Below are positions 13,329 through 30,137 of a stretch of DNA of 64,000 nt, one piece after another. The translations under genes and the position numbers were made by a program. The stretch is from the human T2T-CHM13v2.0 reference genome, Homo sapiens. The stretch is taken from NCBI RefSeq assembly GCF_009914755.1, contig NC_060930.1. The stretch is one strand, 5' to 3'. Each line of letters starts with the position of its first letter. Positions within the stretch are counted from its first letter, which is position 1. The notes below the pieces were generated by a model. It saw only the letters and a list, made by a program, of their open reading frames with translations. It did not search any database and had not been told where the DNA came from.

Positions 13329-14969
13329 ATATATATATATATATACACACACATATATTTTCTGGTATATGTATCCATAGTATGATTTTTTTTTTGTAAA
13401 TTCATGATATCTTACATTTAAAATTCTCATGAGAAACTCATAAATTTCACAGAGGTTTTACATAAGCAAAATATTAAATATAATTGGTACCTGTTTGTTA
13501 TGTTTGTCTTGCTATATCTTTTAATCTTTATTTGGAGAAAGGGTGGTTTCAGAAAACTAGGCATTCATGTCAGAGAGTAGCATTAGCATGCTGTGTGACA
13601 TTTTAATGGTACTATGATTATAAATTGTACAGAGGCATTGCTTGGGAGTCAGGCCCAACCTTAGGCAAAAAAGAATTAAAGAAAATGTCTTTAATGTCCT
13701 TGAGCTTTGTTTTTTCTTTCTTCAATCCACAGAGGAAAATAATTTAGTCTCTCAACAAATAAACTTTAGTTTTGACTCATCCCATGGGTTTTTCCATCTT
13801 CCTTGGGGACTTTCAAAACGTATTCCCAAGATCCCACCTGCATCTTAAATATGGGATGATAGGAGACGAGTCTGTTTGTTCCCTTCTTTCAGCTCTCTGT
13901 TTCTACACTTTGGAGCATGGATGTCTGAGAAGCCACAAAGCCTATTGAACAATCTCTACTAAGTATATAATAAAACAATGCATATGTAAAACTCTGTATT
14001 TACTGAGTTACTAGATATTAAACAAAACAATAACAAACTGAAGACAATTCACCTGGTTAAGCAGTATGCATTATTTACTTAGATCAGGAATAGCCTATGA
14101 AATGTTACTGAATTGGTTCCCATGAACAAAGCATAGCAAGGTGGGGGTAAAGTGAGTCAGGAAGGACCTGACCAAGATAGGATGTGTGGTTAGGACTTTC
14201 AGAGAGTTTACAGTGGGTGGATTTGTTAGTTTCCTGGGTCTTTCAAAAGAGGTTAAGTGTGTATTGGTGAAGCCATTTTTATTCAAAATTTTATGAGAAT
14301 AGTTTTCATTGTCCTTTTTTATGTTTCTTTTTAGCGATTTAAATGAAAGATTACATTTTTATAAAGTTGTTCAAGAATTAGCATAATGCATGGTCACCTC
14401 GTAGCCTTGTGCTTTTTTTGTTTTCTATTGACTTGTATACGCTCTGAGGGTGAAATGACCAGATTGGTAATAAATATGTGGATACCCAGTGGTGGTAAAT
14501 CTGTGGGGATTTTTAAACCAGCATTCTGGTTTCCCAACATTTTGGTAGCAGCTTTGTTTCACTCTGCTGTGTTCCTCCATATCCCTGAGCCTCTGTTGTA
14601 GCCTAACCAGAAGCCAGATGATAGTGACTTAAAGGATAGCTGTTATTTAGTCCCATTTGTTACTCCTTCCTTTCATGTACATATTATATTACAGTGCTTT
14701 TTATATTAGTCCATGATAGTTTGTATGCCCTAAAACAAAGTGAATAACCTCATTTTGTGTTTCATATGTCCTTTAATTGCCCAGAACAAAATCTGTATTA
14801 CTTTTACTTATTATGGCTATGTGTATAATTATATGTCTAGTTTTCTTTTTTTTAACAGTTAACTTGATATTCTATACCACTTGAATATTTTTAATTCTGG
14901 AAAATCAGTTTTTCCTAGTGCTCCCTTTTCCAACTCTTCTCACTCCTTCCTCCATTGTGTTTATTACAG

Positions 14970-15049
14970 GGCCCAATGTAAAGGCTGTTGCTACTGCTGT
15001 GGAACAGATTTACCCATTTGTGTTTGAAAGCAGGAAAGAAATTTTATAA
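14970..15049 (+). CDS. TBPL1: TBPL1 last coding exon (GPNVKAVATAVEQIYPFVFESRKEIL*)
   Basis: ttacAG acceptor; TAA at 15047-49; summed CDS 561 nt = 186 aa + stop. Confidence 0.97.
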
Positions 15050-15480
15050 TTCACCACTTAATTGGTTAGAATCTCTAACTGAGCACCTTTTAAACCTGCT
15101 GCACATTGGACTCAAAAGGAAAACTGGACCAACAATAATTGAGGAAATAGACTCTTTTATTCATTCACGGCTACAGTGTAAGCTCCAGTCCCTTTGGATT
15201 TTATTCCAAACCTTGCTGTAATATAAAAGGAAGTTTACAAGACATGATATTGCTGCTTTTACAAAAGGACATTCTATTTATTTTCGCAGTAATTCTCATG
15301 TCCCCATAAGCAGAGCTGTCACAGTGTGCACTACCTTAGATTGTTTTATTGTCGTCATTGTTATTTTTTTCCATTTTGAGCTAATGTGTTTTATTTGTGA
15401 ATAGTCTTTTACATTTTTGTATGCTGAATATGGGCACCAAAGAACCTGTAAAAGTTATCTTTTTCAATTGAATGTGCACA

Positions 15481-15486
15481 AATAAA
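15481..15486 (+). terminator. TBPL1: TBPL1 proximal poly(A) signal AATAAA
   Basis: Canonical hexamer about 430 nt after the stop, followed by U-rich sequence. Confidence 0.75.
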
Positions 15487-15499
15487 AGTTTGGAAAAGA

Positions 15500-15633
15500 T
15501 CTCTCTTCATTCTATAACTTTTATTCCCCATTTTCTATTTTAACAAAAATTGTATTCATACTTCTTTTTTTTAAAATCTATGCAAGCTTAAGACTCTGGC
15601 TAAAGTGTGTTGGCTTCTTTTTGAAGTGTATTT

Positions 15634-15674
<41 letters not shown>

Positions 15675-18600
15675 GCACCACATGTGTATAGTATCTTTTA
15701 ATGCTCTGTTACCAAATAACAAATAGGAATTTTTTTTCTTGCAGATTAGAAATAAAAACGTGTATATAAACTCTAGGGAACCAGACTAGAAGTTTATAGA
15801 TAAAGGATAATGTTTTATGTTGCTAATTTAATATGATAGAAAATGTTAAATAACTTGTAAAGGTTAAGAAATTGTAGTTTTAAGAAGAGAAACCTCTTAC
15901 CCACTAGATGGAAATGAGAAAGAAGCTGTGATGAATGGTGCCTCATTTGGACCTTTGTTTTTCTGGAAAGACTCAACACCTGTAGTTGTAGAGAAGTGAT
16001 TGAGGTTCTTGACTTTAATCTTGGGTTGATGCCCAAGCCTATACTAAGAGTCTTGTCAGAAGTTGGTAACATGGAGATGTTTTAACAAGAAGTGCCCATA
16101 AGCTGCCTCTGTGCCACAGTGTAATTATCAAATAGCCCCACTTGAATTTGAAAGCCATTTTGTGTGATACTGTCCTTCCCCTTGCTGTATCTTATTTAAT
16201 GGAGTTAAAGAGTGACTATTCAGTATATGAGATTGCTACTCTTAAAGTTATAATAAATATGCATTTATGAAACAGTGTCTCTGGCTCACCCAGGAGCCCT
16301 GATGTGGTAATACAGGATCAAGCTGTAGTTGTGCCCTGTCATTTAGGTTTAGGAGTTTAGTGTAACCAACAGTGATTATACCTAGAAATAAAGCTGAGTG
16401 GAGAGTCCAATTAGCTTCTCAGGAGAAACTTAATGGGGACAATATTCCAACACAATGTTCCACAAAAACTTGTATTTCCAAAATGTTTTTAAACCTTTGT
16501 GGAAAAATTGCAACATCCTAATCTCCATATATAGTACATTTTCCTTACTGTATTATAAAATCTTGAAAACCTAGCTTAGGCACTGCACTGAACAACACAT
16601 ATTATTTTTATCTTTTTTCTTCTCAATGCCTTCCCTAACCTCCTGCTTATTCCAAAGTGGAAAGCAAAGGCTAACTTACATTTTTCCTTCTTGTGAAATA
16701 TTTCATTGAGATTTTTAGACTTGTATTTTTCCTTTTTTTTTAAAAAAAAGTGTTTATTTCCTTTATTTTAAGATTCAGTAGGATAGCCAAATTCATAGAG
16801 AATAAAATTACATGAAAGAGTTACAAGCTCACTGTTTTAAAGACTTGACATTTTTCATTTAGTTTTAATTAACAGTAATAAGTCACCTCCTGTTTTTCAA
16901 TGTTCACCAAAAAAAGAAACATAGAATAGGGGGAAAACATGCTTATATAGCCAAGGTACAGATCCAGATGATGTAACCTTTTTAGTATTCGCATGACTTG
17001 AAAACTGGGCAGATCAATAGATAATCGAAGTGCTTTATCTGAAGGGAGAGGGTAAAGACAGTGTGACCAGGTTTGTTTTCAGGGCTGCCGAATGAGCCTC
17101 ACCTAACAGTGTCCATGGGTAATTCGCTAACCTTAACAAAGATGGGAAGAAGTGAGTGCTCTGATGTCTTCTGCTGGCTCTCCATAAGTACTGTAAATTT
17201 TTTTTATAAATAAAAACTGTGAATATATATGTACAAGTTGTAAGTATTTCCCCCTTTTTATTTTTGAAAATCAAGAAGCTTGATTTGGTGTGGTGCAATG
17301 GATATTGGATAAAAATTTGAAGACAAAATTGTTTAGTTACAGACTCAGGATAATAAAAGAAAAATATAAAAGAATGCTCAAGATACTGAAGTCAAGGTCA
17401 CTAGTAATAAACTGGCTAGGTTGATAAACAATTTCCTGCCCATTTATAATGAAGGGCTAAACAAAAAATACCTGAAGTATATATAGAGTTTGAACTATAA
17501 ACACGGAAGGAAACATGGGGCAGAACACACTTCCCTTCTCTTTCCAAAAACAAAAAACAATGCATGCTCTGATTTGCGTATGAAATACACCATGATAGAA
17601 TTGAGATCTCCAATCTCCTTTCCTTTTAGCTTCCCCCTGCCAATTTTTATACAGATAATACACTGCAGATCCAGGCCTTTTAGTCAGTCTCCTGAGTCTC
17701 TGATATAGTTTTACTACTTACATAGGTTTATAGTCTCTCCACGTTGTTATAAAGGAATGTAATAGATCATGTTTCCTTATATGACATTGGGACAGTTTGT
17801 TAGGAACCAATAGGAAAATTCCAAGCTAAATAAAAAGGAGCTTTGGCTCTTAGGATTCTCTTTTCTTCAGGTTAATCATATTTTAAAATTCTTTTTCAAG
17901 TTAGGTTGTTCGTGCTTTTAAGTTTTTTGTGTGTCTTCCATCACTTAAATATTAGTAATTTAATATGTTATTTGGTTCAAGATTTGATTGTGGATTTTCT
18001 ATCATACCCAAATTTTATTAGTAAGACCTCTTAACAAGTCTTTAAAATCAACTGGAGAAGTAAGAGAACAGTTCATCGTTGTGTGGGTGAAACCCACGTT
18101 GCTGGTACAGGTGGCCATCATAGAAAAGAACATGAGGGAATTGTCCTGATGTCTGAATGTCATTTATTGTGTCTTCAGTTATCTGAACATCATCATCAAT
18201 TATAGCCTGTGTACCGTAACCTGAGGTAGTGATATTCCTGAGGAGTGTGAAGAATTGGACACTGTGGATTACTATACATTGTCATGAAAGCCTTACAAGG
18301 AGGCAGCTTTTCTAGGCTTGACTTAATAACTTCAACCTAATTGCTTAGAGATTTGGATAAATAACCTAATGGCCTGACTCCTTTTCTAATGTTTTACTAA
18401 CAGCTACTTCTAAATAAATATGGTCCCAGGATTTTAAAATTGTCTTTTCTATGCATTTTTTAAAAATGGAAAAAAATGCTCATTTTTCTCAACTATTGCG
18501 GAATTATTTTAATATTTCACAATATTAACATGAAATTCATAAAAGGATATTTTGCATTAAATTATAGTTTATAGTTCATAAAATAAGCTCTATAATCTTT

Positions 18601-19161
18601 ATACTTGTTGAATGTAACTAGGAATTACCACTAAAATCCTAGCCAGGACCCTCTCCTAATCTAGATAGAATATATGGGCAGTTGTCCACACTGTGTGTTC
18701 TGGTTCTTTTTTGCGTAAGATCCAGTGCAAGTAGTGTCTTGGTAGGCAGAAACTGTACCCTCATGTCCAGACCACTTGTGTGTCTGCATAATAAAGCTGC
18801 GACTGGCCTCCATACATACATAGCTTAAGGCGGAGGTTGATGTCTTCACTAGGACATAGTCTATTCAAAGGCTGCTCTGTGAAGAAGGTAGAAAGTATTA
18901 AACCAGCCAGTAACTTTTTTTTTTTAACCTGATATCCTGCTCAGAAAAAGAGATCACTTAGGACCTTGTACCTCATCTACCTTTTGAGGTTCCTTCTGGG
19001 GAGGAGGGGGATTAAAGGCTGTCTTTATCATTTCAGAGTGTCTCTTCAAAACCAGTTCCATGACACTGAAAAGAGAGCACAGGAGTCGCAACTATGCATT
19101 GGTCCAAAGACACCCTCCTAAGTGTTCTGGCACTATCCACGTTCAGAAGGTGTTGAGGCCA
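15500..19161 (-). other. SLC2A12: SLC2A12 long 3' UTR (distal end approximate)
   Basis: Stretch after the stop with no obvious interspersed repeats; minus-strand AATAAA (+ strand TTTATT) at 16762, 16753 and 15520. Confidence 0.6.
15634..15674. repeat. Compound (TG)n(TA)n microsatellite
   Basis: Direct reading. Confidence 0.9.
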
Positions 19162-19315
19162 TTAGGTCTCTGGAGAAAGCTGCCTGGATTGGCCCCTACC
19201 ACACAGCTTGTTACACTCCAAGAGCTGCTCCTGGGGTTTTCTTTTTTGAGGCTGTTTTGGCACTAATTCTTCTTGGTGATGACTCATAAAACAAATGTTG
19301 TTTTTCACATAGTTC
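19162..19315 (-). CDS. SLC2A12: SLC2A12 exon 5 coding part ([50 protein letters not shown])
   Basis: ctttcAG acceptor (19317-16), TAA at 19164-62; phase fits exon 4. Confidence 0.95.
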
Positions 19316-21199
19316 CTGAAAGAGAAAGAGGCACTAATGAAAATGTCATTCTTAGTTTACATGAAAAAAATGTGTAGGCTATTATTTTTTAAACCACCCT
19401 GGGGCTTTAATGTTTTAGCTATGCAAAAATAAATACACATTTTTATTAGGAATCCTGCTGCATCATGAAATTCAGTATGCCACAGACTTTGGTCAATCTC
19501 ATGCAAGGGGTAACGGTGTCTTCTCAGAATACAATCCCAGCAGTCAGCTCTGTGGGGAAGGATTCCAAGGATAGTATTACATACAGAGAACCAGTGGAGG
19601 TTTCATCCCAGACCTTATTTTTTTCCATTTCTCAAACTCCAGCAATGTGCCTATATTTATATCTCTTCTATCTTCTACGTTATCCCTTACTCCTGCATTA
19701 ACAAATTTTTCTACAGGATTCTTCCCATCAGCATAAAAAGATGCTATTGTATTTTACCTTTACTAAAAATGAAGAGCTGCCTTTGAACCTCCCTTTTCAA
19801 ATACCTTTTTCTGTAATTTAACCAATGATTTGAGTGGCCACAATATGTAGGTAGTATGGGTTGAGTAGATAAAGACTTCTGTTTTCAAGGAGCTTACTTA
19901 GATTTTAGAGGGGAGACGAGCTTATAACTTGAAGTAGTAAAAGTGCAAATGAGAAATAAACGGGGAAGGAGAAAAAAGGGTTTAGTTGGGTGGGAGAGGA
20001 CAGACTGTATTATACAGGTGGCATCTCTCTAAAGCAGTGACAATGATCAGAAAATGGAATGAAGTTAGGGAGGGAACTCCTGCAGAGAATCCCAGAGACC
20101 TGAGAAGTTGGGGCAGGGAAACGGTTGGTATCTGGAGGGAAATCTGAGGAAGGTATTTTTTCAGGATGGGAAATACTGCAGCTTTGTGCGTGTGTGCGTG
20201 ATGATAATCCCATAGGAGGGGGAAATTGATGCAGTCAGTGTACAAATGGAAGCATTGGCCTTTGCAACAAGGCAGTGTGTGTGGGCATAGATGTAGGTAG
20301 GTTAGAAGATCTTGTGGCAGGAGGACAAGGTGGTCTCAATTTATTTTCTCAGTGAACTAAAAAGCAAAATAATTAGAGTGAAGAAGTGGGAGGGGGTCCT
20401 GGAGGCTTGGGAAAAGTATTGGTGTGAAGTAATCATCTTCGAAAGTAGGAACGTCAACTCACCAGGGAAATGTGGTATATTGCAGGGTATTCCTCAAGAT
20501 CTACTTGAGATTTATGTTCATAAGGTGAAAACAAGGCTTATCAGCATAGTTGTGTGTTTGATTCAGCCAGGTTTAGCTCCTTGAATGCAGGGTTAAAATA
20601 AACTAAGAGTTGACTTGGTCAGAGTTAAGGTTTGCCTGAGTGATGGAGGGAGAAAGAAGAGAGTAAAGGGAGAAGGGGAAATGCGAAGAAGTGGCCTTGG
20701 TGGGCCATGGAAAGTAGGAAGCAGGGTAAGGAAGGAAGGGAGAGCATGGGCCTCCAGGTCGTCGTGGGGCTGAAGACTTGTTGAAGTGCCAGTACTTGAG
20801 GAAGTGGGCTGGAGAGATGAGTGGTTAGAGGGTGAGTGGAATGCTTGTGAATGAAGCAGTGATTGGAAATGAGTCTAGGGCATGACCATCCTGCTTTTCT
20901 GTTCCCCTTCACAGCAAAATTGATGCAAGGAGTGGACTGTTGCTTCTTCACTTCACTTCCATTTTGTCCTCCAACCACATCAGTCAGCTTCTGTCCTCTC
21001 ATTCCGCTGAGCCTGTGCTTACATCTGTCTTTGTGCTTGGCCTCTCCAGTCCCACCTTCCTACAACACTTCTGGCTTTCCTCCAGCCTCACTGTTGGCTT
21101 CTTTTCAGTCCCTTTTAACACTCTCTTCTTTGCTCGGTCTCTAAGTTTGGCACAAAACTGGGCCTAGTCCCTTCTCTCTCTGTTCTCTGACCAGATAAG

Positions 21200-24200
<3,001 letters not shown>

Positions 24201-25006
24201 TGACCACATCAAATTAACTGCTAAAAGTGAAAAGTAAGTTTGCCTCAGAACTGAAATATTTACAAAACATTAACTTGTTTGCTTTCTCCATTTGTGCCCA
24301 CTTAAGCTGGGGGGAAAAGTAAATCACAGCTGAAACAGCAAATATGGCAAACATCACATCCCATTTTGAGTTTGTAGCTTGCAAGGCAGAAGTTCAAAAT
24401 AAAATCTTTTCAAATTACATTATTGCAGAAATCTTTTCTGACCTCTCAGCTGAGTCACTGTTTATTTTATAAGAAACTTAACATCCTTGGAAGAATATTC
24501 GTTTTTTCAGCTTTTTAGAAATAGGGGTAGAACCCAGCTCCAAATGTAGAGGAAAATGCTAAGCAATGTGTAGTATCATGTTTGAAGTTAACTTGATATT
24601 GTAGTTTCCTTTCTTAGAAATAGACATTGGGATTTCTACATCAGGACGGTTACCTTGGTGACAAAAGTTGATTCATTGTTTTATTAACTTGTAAATTCAT
24701 GAAGGCTCTCTTAACTCAGCAGTGTCCTTCCTCATTCTTCAAGTTCACCTCAGCTTCTGTGCACAAGCAGGTTCCATGGGCTTTCTACCACCTCGCATTT
24801 CCTTAACTAATTTGATAACTTACTGTATTTTTTTGTCTCTGACATTTCTCTGTTGGAAACCTTGTTTAACGTATACCCTTTAGATACTTTGGTCAATTTA
24901 CATAAGCCAGGCTGCTCACATTGTCATTTTAAAAGCTTTTGCCAACCTGTTGGTTCAGCTCAGAAAAGCCTCTGGCTCACTAGTATTGCATGAATAGAAG
25001 TTAACC

Positions 25007-25273
25007 AGGAGGCAAAGGCGGGCAGATCACGAGGTCAGGAGATCGAGACAATCCTGGCTAACACGGTGAAACCCCGTCTCTACTAAAAATACAAAAAAAA
25101 AAAAAAAAAAAAAAAAAGCCGGGCGTGGCAGCAGGCGCCTGTAGTCCCAGCTACTTGGGAGGCTGAGGCAGGAGAATGGTGTTAACCTGGGAGGCGGAGC
25201 TTACAGTGAGCTGAGCTCATGTCACTGCACTCCAGCCTAGGGGCAACAGAGCGAGACTCCATCTCAAAAAAAA
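25007..25273 (+). mobile_element. 5'-truncated AluY-like with an A25 middle linker, inserted in L1
   Basis: TSD aagttaacc at 24998 and 25272. Confidence 0.92.
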
Positions 25274-25825
25274 GTTAACCTACCATGTGACGCAGCAATC
25301 TTATTACTGAGTATATACCCAAAGGAAAATGAATCATTTTACCAAAAGGACACATGAACCCATACGTTCATTGCATCACTATTCATAATAGCAAACATGT
25401 GGAATCAACCCAGGTGTCCATGAGCAGTGGATTGGATAAAGAAAATGTGGTATATATACACCATGGAATACTACACAGCCGTCAAAAAGAACGAAATCAT
25501 TTGTAGCAATACGGATGGAGCTGGAGGCCATTTTCTTAAGTGAACTAATGTAGAAACAGAAAAGCAAGTACTGTTTGTTCTCACTTATAAGTGGGAGCTA
25601 AACATTGGGTACTCATGGACATAAAGAGGCAAAAATAGACACTGAGACGACTGGAGAGGAGAGAGATGGAGGTGGGCAAGGGCTAGAAAACTACCTATTG
25701 GGTACTATGTTCACTACCTGGGTGACAGAGTCATTCATACTCCAAACCTCAGCATCATGCAGTAAACCTTTGTAACAAACCTGCACATGTAGCCTCTGAT
25801 TCTAAAATAAATGTTGAAAAAAAAA
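25274..25825 (+). mobile_element. L1 3' end (ORF2 C-terminus/3' UTR remnant)
   Basis: ggataaagaaaatgtggtatatatacaccatggaatac..., ttctcacttataagtgggagctaa, aacaaacctgcacatgta. Confidence 0.9.
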
Positions 25826-26530
25826 TTCTGAAAGCACCTTTTCCTTTTTGTCCTCAGTATTGGGCTTCCTCATGGTTTATAGCTAGTAGGGATTACTACT
25901 GCTGTAATGACTTTAAAATGTAAAATTGTTTTGCCATCTCATCTTTCATAATTGCCTTTATTTTTGTTCTTCATTACAAACCTTGCAGTTCTCCTATAGT
26001 CTGTTTAGAGGTCAACAGTACCTTTGGCTTTTGGTCCTCTCCTAATTTGCAATTTATAACTTTCTTGGAGAGGGTCTGGATTTAAGTTTGAGTAACTGCA
26101 TGACTCAAAAGTAACAGAAATGTGATTCTTTCAAAAACATTTCCTAAGTCAGAATTTTAATAATTTAGACAGATTCTTTCCCCACCCCAAATTCTGAATT
26201 AATAAGTTCTGTTGGGTTTTAGATACCCACATCATATGTTCTTAAGGAATATCTTATTCTGGAAGCCTACTAGAAAGAAAGATTAGATTTTCTTAAGTTC
26301 TGTCATTGAATTTTCGTTTGGTTTGCAATTTGATACAATCTGGCAACCCTATATGAAAAAAAGGATTTGAAAGTTCTTAATCTTATACAGAACATTCTGC
26401 TTTCAAGTTTGACTTTTTTAAGAGAGTACAATGGGTTGTGATAGTAAGGGAGGCCTATATAGTTTCATTCAATTAATTAATTGCTACTTTCTCCCTGCCT
26501 CAATTTTTCAGTTATTTTTGTTCACAATAA

Positions 26531-26847
<317 letters not shown>

Positions 26848-27369
26848 ACAAAATGTTTAAAGGAATTTTGCTCCCTGAGTTAGTAGATGAGTAGTTCAAA
26901 GGTGCATATACACAAAGTGGATTTACCATGAAGCCAACAAAACAAGTTATAAAATTGAACAGTGGATACTTTTTAATCATCTACCAGAAATCAATATTAA
27001 GCTAGGTAGGCATTGTAGGAGTTACATAAGAAAGATAATGGACAGAGCATTCCTGGAAACTAAAACTTTATTAATTAACAAGATGAAACCACAAGAGTTC
27101 TAGCCAATGCAGTATAGAAGTAAAGAGGGCTAGAAGATATTGAAAATCTAGGACAAAGGATTACTCTCCAGGGCTAGAGCTACTCAGGGCTTCGAGGATG
27201 AGTACTTGAGTTGGGTCTGAAAGCATAAGGATGTAGAGCTGAATCTTCAAAGTTAGCTAAAATGTAGGAACAGAAGGAGAAATCAGGAGATTAGAGCCGT
27301 GAGCTAGGAGGCCCTCCAGGAAAGAAGATTGTTTCACATGAGCTAAAAGAACTTCAAGAAAGAATAGGT

Positions 27370-27842
27370 TTGATAGATTAAATGTGGTCAGAAATTCTTT
27401 GCCCTTCATCTCATCAAGAGGTTAGGTCTCTTTCTTCACCTGTTGTATCTAGGCTGGCCTCAGGACTTGTGCTGACAATAGAAAGTGGTCAAAGTGATGT
27501 GTGTCTTCCTGATGTAAACCTCAGAGAGACTTGCAGCTTCTTTCTGCCTTCACTACCTTGGAAAGTTGCCCTGAGTTTGACATGTGAGGAAGCCACTTTG
27601 CCTCCTCAAGGATGAGAAGCCACTGGGGAGGACTGAAGCTCCCCATTGACAGCCAGCACCTACTGCCACCTATGTGATCAAGTCCCATGTGATTGTGGGC
27701 CCTCCTGCCCAGGGAGACATGTGAGTGAGCCCAGGCAAAGCAAGCAGAGGCACCACCCAGCCAAACCAAAGAATCATGGGAAATAGTTGTTTTCAGCTGC
27801 AACATTTGGGATGCCTTGTTATGCAGCAATGGATAATTGATG
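27370..27842 (+). mobile_element. MaLR MLT1-type solo LTR
   Basis: Ends with the typical ttgttatgcagcaatggataa; cacccagcc; ttgacagccagcacc. Confidence 0.7.
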
Positions 27843-29139
27843 TGAAACAGGCATAAGGAAGGATGAGAAATGGAGGAATACCAATAGATTTGGAAGTCAT
27901 CGGTGTCCTGGCATCTCAGTTATGGAAAAACCTGAATCCATGAGGAATGTTGCCAGTTTACAGGTGGATACATTGGCTTATCAAAGTCTGAGGCCATTGA
28001 TTATTTAAATCGTGTTTGTAATTGATAGCCTTATTCAGAGTCTAATGCTCACCAAGAAATCCAATCATTTTAACCTCCACTTGGATAGAGCCAGGCAATG
28101 CGTTAGTTAGTCCAAGGATATAGCCAGCCTTCCTCACAATTTTATTTCCCATTGTAAATGAATCATTTTCATTTTATTTTTTTGAAAACAGGGCCTCATC
28201 TGTATCAAAAAAAATTAGCCTTATAATTTGATATTTACCTTAAGCTTAAACTGGGAGAATTTTTTTCTGCTTTTTCTAAAGTAAAATATTTTAAAATTTA
28301 GACCATCTAAAAGTGTATAAAGCACAAAGTGAAAATTTTCCACAATCCTACTTACTATACCCCCAATAAGCCAGGATTAATGGTTAGTTCAATATAAATA
28401 CACATGCACACATATACCTACTAACAATTCACCTATCAGGTTTATTCTTCCTTCAAGTAAAAGCTGAAGAATCGCTATGCCCACAATATCTGTAATCATA
28501 CATTTTTCTCTACTGTTTTCAAAGTATTTTTAAAAGAAAATCACAAATTGTGAAAATGTAGTTTCCTCCCATTATATTAAAACCCAACAATAAGTATCCC
28601 TGCATTTCTAAATGGAATGACGTAATCCTAGGAAGAGTAACAAGTTCTGCTTCATTCTTAGCCCCTATGTCTCACCTCTTCCCCCAGGACATGGTTTTGG
28701 CAATTAGAGCTACTAAAAAAGGAAAGGGAATTTTCTGCCACTCACTTCTAAATTAAATGTTTCACTTCTAAGTTAAATTGTTTAAACAATCTCTCCTTGT
28801 GAAATTTTTTAAACCAGTTTTCTAAAAGCCTATTCATATAAGAAACTTATCTTTCTTAAAATTACCTTAAATGTGCAATATTTAGAACAACGGTAGATGG
28901 TTAAGCCTGAGAGTTTTTCTGCTAATCTTAGCCTTAGCAAGTGTTTAGGGCACAGAGAAGGAGCTCTAAGTCTGATAGAGATGGAAAGGCTGAGACCCAA
29001 GTTCCTAGCCCAGTGTGAACATGGTATATCTACACTTCCGGGACCCACCCCAAACCCCAAACAAAGAAAACCTGTTGGGGGGAGCTAGAGAGGCGGAAGA
29101 AGTTCTGAGATGGTGATTGAGTAGAGCTTTAAAATGTTC

Positions 29140-29330
29140 ACCCGTTGGTTGGGGACTGGGTGGGGGAAGCATTGGGGGGTGGTGGGGGATAAAAGACTAC
29201 AAATTGAGTTCAATGTATACTGCTCCGGTGATGGGTGCACCAAAATCTCACGATCGCCACTAAAGAACTTACTCTGTAACCAAATATCACCTGTTCCCCA
29301 AAAACCTATGGAAATAAACTGTTTTTTAAA
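29140..29330 (+). mobile_element. L1 3' UTR terminal fragment
   Basis: ggtgatgggtgcaccaaaatctca...ccactaaagaactta...cacctgttccccaaaaacctatggaaataaa. Confidence 0.85.
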
Positions 29331-30004
29331 TGAGATAGTTTTAATCAGTAGCACAGAAGATTCACATCCTCTGTACAACAAAATTAGTTTCAGGAAAAAA
29401 TCAGGTAAAACAACAATAGTAACAGTTTCTTTTTCCGAAAAGAAATGCAGACAGTGAAAATATTAAACTTTGTTCTAGTAAAAATTATTACATTACAAAA
29501 AAGGAAAATATGGTTTAATGCTTTTTAATTACAATGATGTATTTTTGTTTTTGTTTCGTATAAAAGGAAAAAACTTGTAACCTTGTACGTACATATTGGT
29601 TGGTCATAGTAATGAATAATAGCATTACAGTTTGATGATAATTATAAAAGGCTAACGTTAAAAAACATTCCAATTGTAAAGATTTTATTCAAATTCAGTA
29701 CAATATTTCATTGATAAGTGAAAATTTGCACTTGCCAATCAAATACATTCACTTTGTAGTTTGAAAAAAAAAAAAAAAGCTTCATTCATTGGGAAGAAAT
29801 GGTTATTCTTCCTTAGCTGAATCACCCAAATTAAAGACAAAGCAGGGAAATTGGAATTATGCACTGAGACATAGTCTTAACGCTAAAGGGAATGTCCTAA
29901 TCTAATAATATCTAATAATTTCAGATATTATTCCTTTGCTGTATATAAAAGCTGCACTTTTGACCAAAGAGTATTGTTCAGAAACCAATGCATGTAATAC
30001 TTAC

Positions 30005-30137
30005 ACTTTTGCTAGCTCCATTGATATTTGTTCCAAAGAGCATCCCTTTGTCTCAGGTATAAACATAACAACAAAAAGCAGGGATGCTAGACTCATGATT
30101 GTATATATAAAGCACACCCATGGCAGGCCAATAAGAT
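30005..30137 (-). CDS. SLC2A12: SLC2A12 exon 4 ([45 protein letters not shown]), 133 nt
   Basis: ttatAG acceptor, GTAAGT donor; PETKG signature after the last TM. Confidence 0.97.
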
